From Vicinamibacterales bacterium (lineage in GTDB: Bacteria > Acidobacteriota > Vicinamibacteria > Vicinamibacterales > JAKQTR01): 64,000 bases of DNA. The notes beneath the pieces were generated by a model. The model had not been told where the DNA came from. It made no database searches and saw only the letters and a program-made list of their open reading frames with translations. Numbering within the stretch: the stretch's first letter is position 1; each line of letters starts with the position of its first letter. Below are positions 1 to 8,476 of the stretch, piece by piece. Both the position numbers and the translations under genes were made by a program. The stretch spans positions 3,075-67,074 of the forward strand of contig JALOKU010000026.1 in the NCBI GenBank assembly GCA_025456345.1, given 5' to 3'.

Positions 1-1
1 G

Positions 2-1549
2 CCCGCCGCGCGCCCGAACCACGAGGGGTACGTGGCGGGCTACTTCATCGAGTCGGCGATCAACCACTACATGATGACGGAAGGCCGCGACCGGCGGCTC
101 TACGACGCGGCGACACGGCTGGCGGACGGCTGGGCGGATCACATCGGCCCGCCGCCGAAGCAGGAGTGGTTCGACGGCCACCAGGAAATGGAGCAGGCCC
201 TGGTCCGCTTCGGGCGCTTCGTGAACGAGGTCGAGAAGCCGCGCGGCGCGGCCGCCGGCCCGGGCGACCGATATGTGGCGCTGGCGAAGTTCCTGCTCGA
301 CTGCCGCAAGGGCGGCTCGGAATACGACCAGAGCCACCTGCCGGTGCAGCAGCAGTACGAGGCGGTGGGCCACGCGGTCCGCGCGGTCTACACCTACTCG
401 GGCATGGCCGATGTCGCCGTCGAGACGCATGACGTCGACTACCAGAGCGCGGTGAAGTCGCTCTGGGACAACATCGTCCACAAGAAGTACTACCTGACGG
501 GCGGCGTGGGGAGCGGCGAGACGTCCGAAGGCTTCGGGCCGGACTACTCGCTGCGCAACAACGCGTACTGCGAGGCGTGCTCGAGCTGCGGCGAGATCTT
601 CTTCCAGTGGAAGCTCCACCTGGCGTATCACCACGCGCAGTACGCGGACCTTTACGAGCAGACGCTCTACAACGCGCTCTTCGGGGCGATGGACCTCGAC
701 GGCACAGCCTTCTACTACACCAACCCGCTCGACGCGAACCAGCAACGGACGCCCTGGCACAACTGCCCGTGCTGCGTGGGCAACATCGCGCGGACGCTGC
801 TGATGCTGCCCACGTGGATGTACTCAAAGTCAGCCGACGCGCTCTACGTGAACCTGTTCGCCGGCAGCCGCGTCGGCGTGGGCCAGGTGGGCGGTACGGA
901 CGTTGAGGTCGTGCAGGAGACCGACTACCCGTGGGACGGCGCCGTCAGGATCACGCTGAATCCGAAGGCGCCGGCGCGGTTCGCCGTGCGCATCCGGGCG
1001 CAGCGGCGGGACGTCAGCAGCCTCTACCGCGCCACGCCTTCGGCGGACGGCATACCCCGAATGTCCGTGAACGGCACGCTGGTGAACGCGGCTGAGACGA
1101 ACGGCTATCTGGAGGTCGCCCGCGTGTGGAAGCACGGCGATACGATCGACCTGACGCTGCCGATGCCGATCCAGCGGGTCCGTGGCAGCGACCGCATCGT
1201 CGCCGGCGGCAACCGTCCGTCGCCGGTGAAAGGGAAGGTCGCCCTGCGCATGGGGCCGCTCGTCTACAACATCGAGCGGGTGGACCAGGACATCAACGGG
1301 ATGCTCCCGCCGGACGCGCCCCTGTCGGCTGAATGGCGGCCGAATCTGCTCACGGGCGTGAAGGTGATCACAGGGAAGTTCGCAGACGGCACGCCCATGC
1401 TGGCCATCCCGAACTACGCGCGCTACAACCGCAATCCGCCCGCCCCGCCGCCGGCGCCCCCGCAGGCCGCCGCACCGGCAGGGCAGGCGCCCGCGCCCCG
1501 CCCGGCGCCGCCGCCCCCGACGTCAATCGTGTGGATTCGGGAAGTGTGA
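2..1549 (+). CDS. Glycoside hydrolase family 127-like (beta-L-arabinofuranosidase / DUF1680), N-terminus cut by window edge
   Basis: Reading frame is open from base 2, with no stop before the M at 32. Motifs seen: GHQEMEQALV, Glu-x-Cys in YCEACSSCG and Cys-Cys in HNCPCCVGN (Zn/nucleophile cysteines of HypBA1-type GH127). Pro/Ala-rich C-terminal tail. Confidence 0.75.
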   Translation, partial: PAARPNHEGYVAGYFIESAINHYMMTEGRDRRLYDAATRLADGWADHIGPPPKQEWFDGHQEMEQALVRFGRFVNEVEKPRGAAAGPGDRYVALAKFLLDCRKGGSEYDQSHLPVQQQYEAVGHAVRAVYTYSGMADVAVETHDVDYQSAVKSLWDNIVHKKYYLTGGVGSGETSEGFGPDYSLRNNAYCEACSSCGEIFFQWKLHLAYHHAQYADLYEQTLYNALFGAMDLDGTAFYYTNPLDANQQRTPWHNCPCCVGNIARTLLMLPTWMYSKSADALYVNLFAGSRVGVGQVGGTDVEVVQETDYPWDGAVRITLNPKAPARFAVRIRAQRRDVSSLYRATPSADGIPRMSVNGTLVNAAETNGYLEVARVWKHGDTIDLTLPMPIQRVRGSDRIVAGGNRPSPVKGKVALRMGPLVYNIERVDQDINGMLPPDAPLSAEWRPNLLTGVKVITGKFADGTPMLAIPNYARYNRNPPAPPPAPPQAAAPAGQAPAPRPAPPPPTSIVWIREV

Positions 1550-1558
1550 CACAGACAG

Positions 1559-2044
1559 ATGAACAGCCACCCCTTCTCGCTCAGCATCCGGTCGGCGCGG
1601 CACGATGATGAGGCGTTTCTCCTGGGCCTCCTGCCGCGCCTGGCGGACTTCCCGCTGCCCGAGTGGCGAACCGCCGGCGAGATCGCGCGCGGCGACCGTG
1701 CGATTCTCCTCGAGGCGCTGCACGGCAGGATTGAACACGCCGCGATCCTGGTGGCAGAACTTTCACCCGGAGGCGAGCGGGCGGGCTACGTGTTCGCGAC
1801 GACGAAGCACGACTACTTCACGCGCGCGGCCCACGCGCACGTGGAGGTCATCGCCGTCACGCCCGACGCGGAGCGCCGGGGCGTCGCCCGGCTCCTGATG
1901 CAGGCGGTCGAGCAGTGGGCTGGCCGGCGCGGCTACCGCCACGTTACGCTCAACGTGTTCGACCGGAACTCCCGGGCCAAGGCCTTGTACGACAGCCTCG
2001 GCTACGAGGCCGAAACGGTCCACTACCGGAAGTCTCTGTCGTGA
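1559..2044 (+). CDS. GNAT family N-acetyltransferase
   Basis: 161 aa. Acetyl-CoA motif A-like RRGVARLLM...GY..V.L.V....A..LY..LGY. Confidence 0.8.
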   Translation: MNSHPFSLSIRSARHDDEAFLLGLLPRLADFPLPEWRTAGEIARGDRAILLEALHGRIEHAAILVAELSPGGERAGYVFATTKHDYFTRAAHAHVEVIAVTPDAERRGVARLLMQAVEQWAGRRGYRHVTLNVFDRNSRAKALYDSLGYEAETVHYRKSLS

Positions 2045-2649
2045 GCGCACCGAAGACGTTCCGCACCCAGGCCGCCTTCCGTGCGTGGCTGGAGACGCAC
2101 CACGCGACCGCGAAGGCACTGGAGATCCGCCTGTTCAAGGTGCACGCCGCGCACCGGGGTCTGACGTATGCGCAAGCGCTGGACGAGGCGCTGTCGTTCG
2201 GGTGGATCGACGGCGTCGTCCACCGGCTCGACCAGGACAGCTTCAGCCAGCGCTACACGCCGCGCCAGCCGCGGAGCACCTGGAGCCGGCGGAACATTGA
2301 CCACGTCGAGCGGCTGAAGAAGGCCGGGCGGATGACGCCCGCCGGCCTGGCGGCGTACGAGGCGCGGGAGGCGGGGCGTTCGAGTGTCTATTCGTTCGAA
2401 CAGGAAGGACAGGAGCTCGCGCCGCCGTACGCGACGGCCATTCGCGCGAACAGCGCGGCGTGGACCTTCTTTCAGGCACAGGCGCCCGGGTACCGGCGCA
2501 TGACGGCCCACTGGGTGATGAGCGCGAAGAAGGAAGAGACGCGCGCCAGACGGCTTGGCATCCTCATCGACAGCGCGGCCCGCGGCCGCAAGATCCCGCC
2601 GCTCGAGGCGCTCGAACGTCCGGTCGCAGCCGGCAGGAAGGCGACATGA
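2041..2649 (+). CDS. YdeI/OmpD-associated family protein
   Basis: GTG start at 2041 overlaps the GNAT stop (GTGA). Sequence FRAWLETHH...LSFGWIDGV...QRYTPRQPRSTWS..N...V..L...GRMTPAG is typical of the YdeI family. The track ORF start at 1915 lies inside the GNAT gene and was rejected. Confidence 0.65.
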   Translation: MSAPKTFRTQAAFRAWLETHHATAKALEIRLFKVHAAHRGLTYAQALDEALSFGWIDGVVHRLDQDSFSQRYTPRQPRSTWSRRNIDHVERLKKAGRMTPAGLAAYEAREAGRSSVYSFEQEGQELAPPYATAIRANSAAWTFFQAQAPGYRRMTAHWVMSAKKEETRARRLGILIDSAARGRKIPPLEALERPVAAGRKAT

Positions 2650-3341
2650 AGACCATCGGCCTCATCGGCGGCATGAGCTGGGAATCGACGGTCCCGTACT
2701 ACCAGACGATCAACCGGGTCGTCGGCCGGCGCCTGGGCGGGCTGCACTCGGCAAAGGTCGCGCTCTACAGCGTGGACTTCCACGAGATTGAGCAGCTGCA
2801 GCATGCGGGGCGGTGGGAGGAGTCGGGCGAGATCCTCGCGGACGCCGCGCGGGCGGTCTGTCGCGCGGGCGCCGCCTTCATCGTGCTCTGCACGAACACG
2901 ATGCACAAGGTGGCGCCGCAGATCGAGGCGGCGGTGGACGTCCCGCTGCTGCACATCGCCGACGCGACGGCCGCGCGGGTCAAGGGCGCCGGGCTGTCGC
3001 GCGTCGGGCTCCTGGGGACGAAGTTCACGATGGAAGAGGACTTCTACCGCGGCCGCCTCGAGAGCCGGCACGGCTTGTCCGTGATGACGCCGCCGGCTGA
3101 CCAGCGCGGCTTGGTGCACCGGGCCATCTACGGCGAACTCTGCCTGGGGAAGGTGCTGGACAGTTCACGTTCGGCCTTCCAGCAGGTCGTGGACGGCCTC
3201 GTGGCAGGCGGGGCGCAGGGCGTCATTCTCGGCTGCACCGAGATCGGCCTGCTGCTGCGCCCCGAGGACGCGCCGGTCCCGCTCTTCGACACCGCCACGA
3301 TCCACGCCGAGGCCGCGGCAGACTTCGCGCTCGACGTCTAG
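2646..3341 (+). CDS. Aspartate/glutamate racemase family protein
   Basis: ATG at 2646 overlaps the YdeI stop (ATGA). MKTIGLIGGMSWEST start, plus two active-site Cys motifs, LCTNTMH and GCTEIGLL. Confidence 0.85.
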   Translation: MKTIGLIGGMSWESTVPYYQTINRVVGRRLGGLHSAKVALYSVDFHEIEQLQHAGRWEESGEILADAARAVCRAGAAFIVLCTNTMHKVAPQIEAAVDVPLLHIADATAARVKGAGLSRVGLLGTKFTMEEDFYRGRLESRHGLSVMTPPADQRGLVHRAIYGELCLGKVLDSSRSAFQQVVDGLVAGGAQGVILGCTEIGLLLRPEDAPVPLFDTATIHAEAAADFALDV

Positions 3342-3383
3342 AGCCGGGACGCGCCCGGGTTCCCCGCGGTCAGAAATGGCGAA

Positions 3384-3416
3384 GGCCGCCCGGCGCGGCG
3401 TTCGCGCGGGACGGCC
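3384..3416 (-). terminator. Imperfect GC-rich hairpin downstream of csp
   Basis: GGCCGCCCGGCGCG / CGCGCGGGACGGCC arms (14 bp, 2 mismatches). On the minus strand it is followed by GCCATTTCTG. Lies between convergent genes. Confidence 0.35.
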
Positions 3417-3513
3417 TCGGCTGAAGGTCGCCGGTGTCACAACCCGTGTTCGCGGCCACATACGGGCCGGTGGCGCGGGTCGTGAAACCGCCTTCTGATG
3501 TGTGCGAAACCGA

Positions 3514-3717
3514 CTAGACCGGCTTCACGTTCTCGGCGCGGGGACCCTTGGGACCCTGGCCGCGCTCGAACGTCACCGCCTGGCCTTCGTGCATGCTGTC
3601 GAAGGGCGTGCTGGTGCACGCGGACTGGTGGAAGAAGTACTCGTTGCCGTCCTCGGCGGCGACAAAACCGAAACCCTTGTCGCTCACCATGCGCTTGATC
3701 GTGCCGTTCATTGCCAT
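3514..3717 (-). CDS. csp: Cold-shock protein (CspA family, 67 aa)
   Basis: MAMNGTIKRMVSDKGFGFV (RNP1 KGFGF) and EYFFH (RNP2). The longer track ORF (to 3885) has an implausible N-terminus. Confidence 0.92.
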   Translation of the reverse strand: MAMNGTIKRMVSDKGFGFVAAEDGNEYFFHQSACTSTPFDSMHEGQAVTFERGQGPKGPRAENVKPV

Positions 3718-3928
3718 TGTCGTTTCCTGACCTCTTGGAGAACCGATTCCCGCCGAAACGCCGCGAACGGCGCCGTGTGAACGTTCACTTACCGGTTGAG
3801 GTCGCAATCGACACTTGCTATGCGCAGAGCACGTATCGCGTCGAACAGCCTGTAGCTTTGAAGTATGTCGGGAGCGGCATGCCACATGGCGCGCCGTCGG
3901 CGGCGGGACTCAAAGCGGAACGAAACAC

Positions 3929-3937
3929 ACTATACCA
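3929..3937 (-). promoter_or_regulatory. Candidate extended -10 (TGGTATAGT) for csp
   Basis: Minus strand reads TGGTATAGT, about 210 nt upstream of the csp ATG. There is no convincing -35. A small hairpin GAACGGC-N4-GCCGTTC lies just upstream (3945-3962). Confidence 0.3.
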
Positions 3938-4073
3938 CAGATCCGAACGGCCGCAGCCGTTCGCTAAATATTCGCCTCACTGCCGCTTCACCAGCACGAC
4001 ATGCACGGCAAGCGCCTCGAGCCGGCCGGTTCCGTCGTCACAAGCAGGTTCCTCTGCGCGCCTCCGCCGCTCT

Positions 4074-4574
4074 CTAATCCTGCGTCGGCATGCCGTAGAC
4101 GGCCCACTCCTCACGCGCAGGGCCGTAGATGCCCGGCACCTTCAGCCCTGCCTGGCGCATCAGCACCGTCATCTGGCCGCGGTGATGCACCTCGTGCTGA
4201 ACGAGCGCACGGAGCGTCATCGCCCGGGTCCACTTCTCACCGTACATGTCGATCTCGACCGGGAGGTCGGCGTCCTTCCACGTCGTGGTGACGGCTTTCT
4301 CGAGAGCCGTTGCGCCCGCCTGGTAGGCGACAGCGATGGCCGCGGCCCCTGCCGGCTGCGGCGTCTTCTCGTTGGCGCCGTCGATGGTCAGCCCGGCGTG
4401 CCCGCCCATCTCGCCGAGGGTCTGTACGATATGCCACGCCAGCCTTCCCAGGCTCCGGCCCTCGGGGCTGACCTGCTGGCCAAGAGCCCCGTCCGTGAGC
4501 GCCTGCATCAGCTTGAGCGTGCTGGCGCTCTCGCCCTGCCATGCGCTCGTGAATTCCGCGATGGTGCGAAACAT
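4074..4574 (-). CDS. DinB superfamily protein
   Basis: ATG at 4574 is preceded by GGAGG with 5-nt spacing. The track start at 4586 is TTG inside that RBS. His triad context: WHIVQT...HEVHHRGQ. Confidence 0.8.
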   Translation of the reverse strand: MFRTIAEFTSAWQGESASTLKLMQALTDGALGQQVSPEGRSLGRLAWHIVQTLGEMGGHAGLTIDGANEKTPQPAGAAAIAVAYQAGATALEKAVTTTWKDADLPVEIDMYGEKWTRAMTLRALVQHEVHHRGQMTVLMRQAGLKVPGIYGPAREEWAVYGMPTQD

Positions 4575-4722
4575 CGTTGCCTCCAATGGAAGATCGGGAA
4601 CACTTTACTGCCCGGCGCAGGCGCCCGCAAGGCCGGCCGCAGACCGGCACGCCGCCGTGCCCGATCGCGCCCGGGCGAAACCCTTCGCGTCGAAAGCACG
4701 TAACAGGAAAGAGGAGGCGGAC

Positions 4723-5586
4723 GTGTTTGAGAAGCTGTCGAACAGCTGGGAGCTGGTCAAGGCGAGTGCCGCGGTGCTTCAGGCTGACAAAGAGCTGCTC
4801 CTGTTCCCGATCATCTCGGCCGCCCTGTCGCTTCTGGTGGTCGCCACCTTCGCCGTGCCGGCGATCCTGGCTGGCGTGTTCACATCAGGCTTCCCCGAGG
4901 GCTCCGGTCTCCCTGCCGTTGGCTACGCCGCCGTGTTCCTCTTCTACGTGGTGCAGTACTTCGTCATCTTCTTCTGCAACACGGCGCTCGTGGGTGCGGC
5001 GCTCATCCGCCTGCGGGGCGGCGACCCGACCGTGGCAGACGGCTTCCGCATCGCGGCGTCCCGCGTGGGGCCGATCCTCGGCTATGCATTCATTGCGGCC
5101 ACGGTAGGCATGGTGCTGCGCGCGATTTCCGAGCGAAGCGGTTTCCTGGGGCGGCTCGTCGTGGGGCTGGTCGGCTTCGCGTGGGGCCTGGCCACCTACC
5201 TCGTGGTGCCGGTGCTGGTCGTCGAGGATGTGGGACCGATCGAGGCGGTCCAGCGCAGCGCGTCGTACCTCCGCAAGACCTGGGGCGAGCAGATCGCCGG
5301 CAATCTCGGGATGGGCCTGGTGTTTGGCCTGATCGGCCTCGGCACGCTGGCTGCGGGAATCGTCCTGCTGGTGGCCGCGGCCGCCACGAAGTCCGCCGCG
5401 CTCATCGTGATTGTCGCGGTGGGCCTGCTGCTGTCCTTTGTGGCCATCGCGCTGGTCAGTTCGGCCCTGAGCGGCGTGTACGCCGCGGCCGTCTACCGCT
5501 ATGCGGCGGAAGGGCAGGCTGACGGGTTCTTCACGCCGGCGATGGTCAGAAACGCCTTCCGCGCGGACCCAAGGGGTCGGGACTGA
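4723..5586 (+). CDS. Multi-pass membrane protein (DUF6159-like)
   Basis: GTG at 4723 follows AGGAAAGAGGAGG. VFEKLSNSWELVKASAAVLQADKELLLFP is followed by about 6 hydrophobic helices. The last 4 codons and the stop lie inside the MITE-like repeat arm. Confidence 0.7.
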   Translation: MFEKLSNSWELVKASAAVLQADKELLLFPIISAALSLLVVATFAVPAILAGVFTSGFPEGSGLPAVGYAAVFLFYVVQYFVIFFCNTALVGAALIRLRGGDPTVADGFRIAASRVGPILGYAFIAATVGMVLRAISERSGFLGRLVVGLVGFAWGLATYLVVPVLVVEDVGPIEAVQRSASYLRKTWGEQIAGNLGMGLVFGLIGLGTLAAGIVLLVAAAATKSAALIVIVAVGLLLSFVAIALVSSALSGVYAAAVYRYAAEGQADGFFTPAMVRNAFRADPRGRD

Positions 5587-5688
5587 TTACGATCCGGCAC
5601 CGTCGGCAATGACGGTTTTGTCGATGGCGCGCGGCGCCTACAAATCTGAAAGCGAGCCGGGTCGTGTTTCCTAATTAGTCCCGACCCC
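5573..5688. mobile_element. MITE-like element, copy 1 (116 bp, GGGGTCGGGACTnATTA terminal inverted repeats)
   Basis: Left arm is GGGGTCGGGACTGATTA (5573-5589). Right arm reverse complement is GGGGTCGGGACTAATTA (5672-5688), matching 16/17. Same arms as the element at 50137-50263. Confidence 0.5.
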
Positions 5689-5711
5689 TCAGGCTCTGGC
5701 TGGCCTGTTTC

Positions 5712-6701
5712 TCAGAGGGTCGCGACTGTCGTCCGCAACGACGCGAAATCCATCTTTCCGAGGCCGCGTTCCTCGGCGAGCCGCAGATAGCGCACGCGCG
5801 GCGCGGCGAGGTTCCACCACGCCAGGGCGGCATAGGCATCCACGGCCACCGGGTCGACGCTCGCGACGACGGTGCGCTTCATCTCCACATCGTCGACGTC
5901 CCCGCCGGTGGGGCCGTTGCGCATGAGCACCCGGTAGCCGTCCATCACCGTCAGCGTCGGCCTGGCGAACGCCGTCAGGTCGACGATGCTCTCGTGGATG
6001 CGCTGGTGGAGCCGGTTCCGGTCCCCGCCGATCAGGCCGTACCAGTTCTTCATGCCCAGCGTCACCCCTGTCAGGCTGTGGTGCTTCGCGATGGGCACGT
6101 TGATGAGCTTGTTCGCGTCGAGGAACGGCTCGAGCACGGGCCACTCGCCGAGCGTGCCGCCCTTCAAGTCGACGCGTGTGAAGAACCGCGTGTGCGGCAG
6201 CACGACTTCGGCGCCGGCCGCCCTGGCGGCTGCCGCGATGCCGCTGCGCTCGAAGCAGGCTTCCGCCTCGTTGCAGCTCACGTCGGTCACGATGACGGAG
6301 CCCGCGCCTGCGGCCCTGCACAGGCGGACGATCGCCGCCACGATCTCGGGGTTCGTCGTCGCGGCGTGTTCCGGCAGCCGGTCCCAGGCGATGTTCGGCT
6401 TGACGACCACCGTGTCGCCTCGCGAGACGAACCGGGTCATGCCGCCCAGGTCCGCGAGGGCGCGCTCCACGAGCGCGGCCGGGCTGGCCGCCTCGCCCCG
6501 GGCCACCGTCAACTCCGGAAGATCCGGACGTTCCGCGACGCGGTGATCGAGATCCACCTGGGCCGCCGCACCCTGCGACGGGCGCTGGCTCCGGCCCGCC
6601 AGGTACGCACCCAGACCGATCGTCGCCGCACTGGCGCCGCCGAGGCGCAGCACGCGCAGCAGAAAGGCACGGCGATCGGACGTGGTGGCGGCCTCGGTCA
6701 T
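5712..6701 (-). CDS. DUF362 domain protein with twin-arginine signal
   Basis: Start MTEAATTSDRRAFLLRVL (Tat motif). GDTVVVKPNIAWD is typical of the DUF362 N-terminus. Confidence 0.7.
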   Translation of the reverse strand: MTEAATTSDRRAFLLRVLRLGGASAATIGLGAYLAGRSQRPSQGAAAQVDLDHRVAERPDLPELTVARGEAASPAALVERALADLGGMTRFVSRGDTVVVKPNIAWDRLPEHAATTNPEIVAAIVRLCRAAGAGSVIVTDVSCNEAEACFERSGIAAAARAAGAEVVLPHTRFFTRVDLKGGTLGEWPVLEPFLDANKLINVPIAKHHSLTGVTLGMKNWYGLIGGDRNRLHQRIHESIVDLTAFARPTLTVMDGYRVLMRNGPTGGDVDDVEMKRTVVASVDPVAVDAYAALAWWNLAAPRVRYLRLAEERGLGKMDFASLRTTVATL

Positions 6702-6765
6702 CGGCACCCCTGGACCGGGAACCTCCCCGGTTGGCCCTATGATAGTCCAGGCAGGAGAACGCCGA

Positions 6766-7782
6766 ATGTCCGAACAGCCTGGTCGCGCGGCGTCATGGAC
6801 GCCCGCGGCCATCCGCGAGCTCGCCATGAACTTTCAGTCGAGCCGCGTCCTCCTCACGGCGGTTGAGCTGCGGCTCTTCAGCCTGATCGGCGATGGCGGG
6901 CTCACCTCGGCAGACGTCGCCGGGCGGGCCGGCAGCCATCCGCGAGCGACCGACCGGCTGCTGAACGCCCTGTGCGCGATGCGCCTGCTCGTGAAGCGCG
7001 ACGGCCGCTTCTGGAATACCCCCGAGGCCCGGCGCTATCTCGACGACGGAAGCCCCGAGTTTGCCGCCGGGCTCGCCCATACCGCCTCGATGTGGCACGG
7101 CTGGAGCGGCCTCACCGACGCGGTCCGCGAAGGGAGACCCGCGCTGCGCGCAGCCATCAACGATCGCGGCGACGCGTGGCTGAAGCCGTTCATCGCGGCG
7201 ATGCACTACCGGGCGGCGCACCAGGCGCCTGACGTGGCGTCCCTGATCGGCCTCGGCGGCGTTGGGCGCGTCCTCGACGTTGGCGGCGGCTCGGGCGCGT
7301 TCGCCATGGCCTTCGCACGGCAGGCGCCAGGCCTGGCGGCCGTTGTCTTCGACCTGCCGAACGTCCTGCCCCTGACCCGCGGCTACGTCGCGGAGGCCGG
7401 CCTCTCCAGCCGCGTGACGACGGCTGCCGGCGACTACCTGGCCGACCCGCTGCCGAAGGGGTTCGATCTCGTCCTCCTGTCGGCCGTCATCCACAGCAAC
7501 TCGCCAGAGCAGAACGCCGCGCTGCTCGCATCGTGCGCGGCCGCCCTCAACCCCGGCGGGCGGGTCGCGGTGGTCGATTGGGTGATGGACGACGACCGCG
7601 TGACGCCGCCTGTCGGCGCGTTCTTCGCGCTCAACATGCTGGTCGCCACCGACCGGGGCGACACGTTCACCGAAGGCGAGATCCGCGGCTGGATGAACGC
7701 GGCCGGCCTGGCGCCGGGACCGAGAATCGACACTGGCAACGGCACCAGCATCGTCATCGGGATCGGCTCTTCACGGGACTGA
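6766..7782 (+). CDS. Class I SAM-dependent O-methyltransferase (family 2, with N-terminal winged-helix dimerisation domain)
   Basis: ATG at 6766. SAM motif I VLDVGGGSGAFAMAF. Acidic motif post-I VFDLP. Confidence 0.8.
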   Translation: MSEQPGRAASWTPAAIRELAMNFQSSRVLLTAVELRLFSLIGDGGLTSADVAGRAGSHPRATDRLLNALCAMRLLVKRDGRFWNTPEARRYLDDGSPEFAAGLAHTASMWHGWSGLTDAVREGRPALRAAINDRGDAWLKPFIAAMHYRAAHQAPDVASLIGLGGVGRVLDVGGGSGAFAMAFARQAPGLAAVVFDLPNVLPLTRGYVAEAGLSSRVTTAAGDYLADPLPKGFDLVLLSAVIHSNSPEQNAALLASCAAALNPGGRVAVVDWVMDDDRVTPPVGAFFALNMLVATDRGDTFTEGEIRGWMNAAGLAPGPRIDTGNGTSIVIGIGSSRD

Positions 7783-7795
7783 CCGGGAGGGGATC

Positions 7796-8431
7796 GTGCG
7801 CATCACCGAGCCCATGACGATGATGACCGACTACGTGATGGGGGCGCTTGCCTTCGTCCTCGCGATGCGGATCGTCGGCGACGCGGCGGCGGGCCGGCAG
7901 ATCTCCGGCCGGCTCTGGGCCGCGGCCCTGGTGATGACGGCGGTGGCGGCCTTTCTGGGCGGCACCTACCACGGGTTCATCCAGTGGCTGCCGGGCGCGT
8001 CCGGCCGTGCCCTGTGGAAGGCGACGCTGCTGGCCACGGGGATCGGCAGCGCCTGCCTGCTCGCCGCGGCCGTCACTGCCGCCACCGCGGGCGCGCTCCA
8101 GCGCGCCCTTCTCGCCGTGGTCGTCGTCAAGCTGCTGGTCTATGTCTGGACCATCGCGACGAAGGACCAGTTCGCACTGGTGATCGCGGACTACGGGACC
8201 GCCCTGCTCGCGGTTGCGCTGGCCGCCTGGTTCATCAGGCCGAGCGGGCTGACGCCCGCCGCCTGGTGGATCACCGGCGGCGTTGCCGTGGCGGCCGTCG
8301 CCGGGGCCATCCAGTGGGCCCGCCTCGCGCCCCACGTCCACTTCAACCACAACGACCTGTTCCATGTGGTGCAGATGGCCTCGCTCTACCTGCTGTACCG
8401 GGGCGGGTTGCTTCTGCGCGACATGCAGTAA
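7796..8431 (+). CDS. Hypothetical 6-7 TM membrane protein
   Basis: GTG at 7796 follows GGGAGGGG. Strongly hydrophobic 211-aa product. No family recognised with confidence. Confidence 0.6.
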   Translation: MRITEPMTMMTDYVMGALAFVLAMRIVGDAAAGRQISGRLWAAALVMTAVAAFLGGTYHGFIQWLPGASGRALWKATLLATGIGSACLLAAAVTAATAGALQRALLAVVVVKLLVYVWTIATKDQFALVIADYGTALLAVALAAWFIRPSGLTPAAWWITGGVAVAAVAGAIQWARLAPHVHFNHNDLFHVVQMASLYLLYRGGLLLRDMQ

Positions 8432-8476
8432 ACTCGGCTGCGCCCGCGCGCGAGCGGGCCAACAGGAGGAGAGGGC

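Noticed and set aside
1430-1549. Pro/Ala-rich C-terminal tail of the GH127 protein as a possible separate feature or frameshift
   Set aside because: It is continuous with the GH127 frame and ends in a normal stop. Such low-complexity linkers and tails are common in GC-rich genomes, and there is no evidence for a frameshift.
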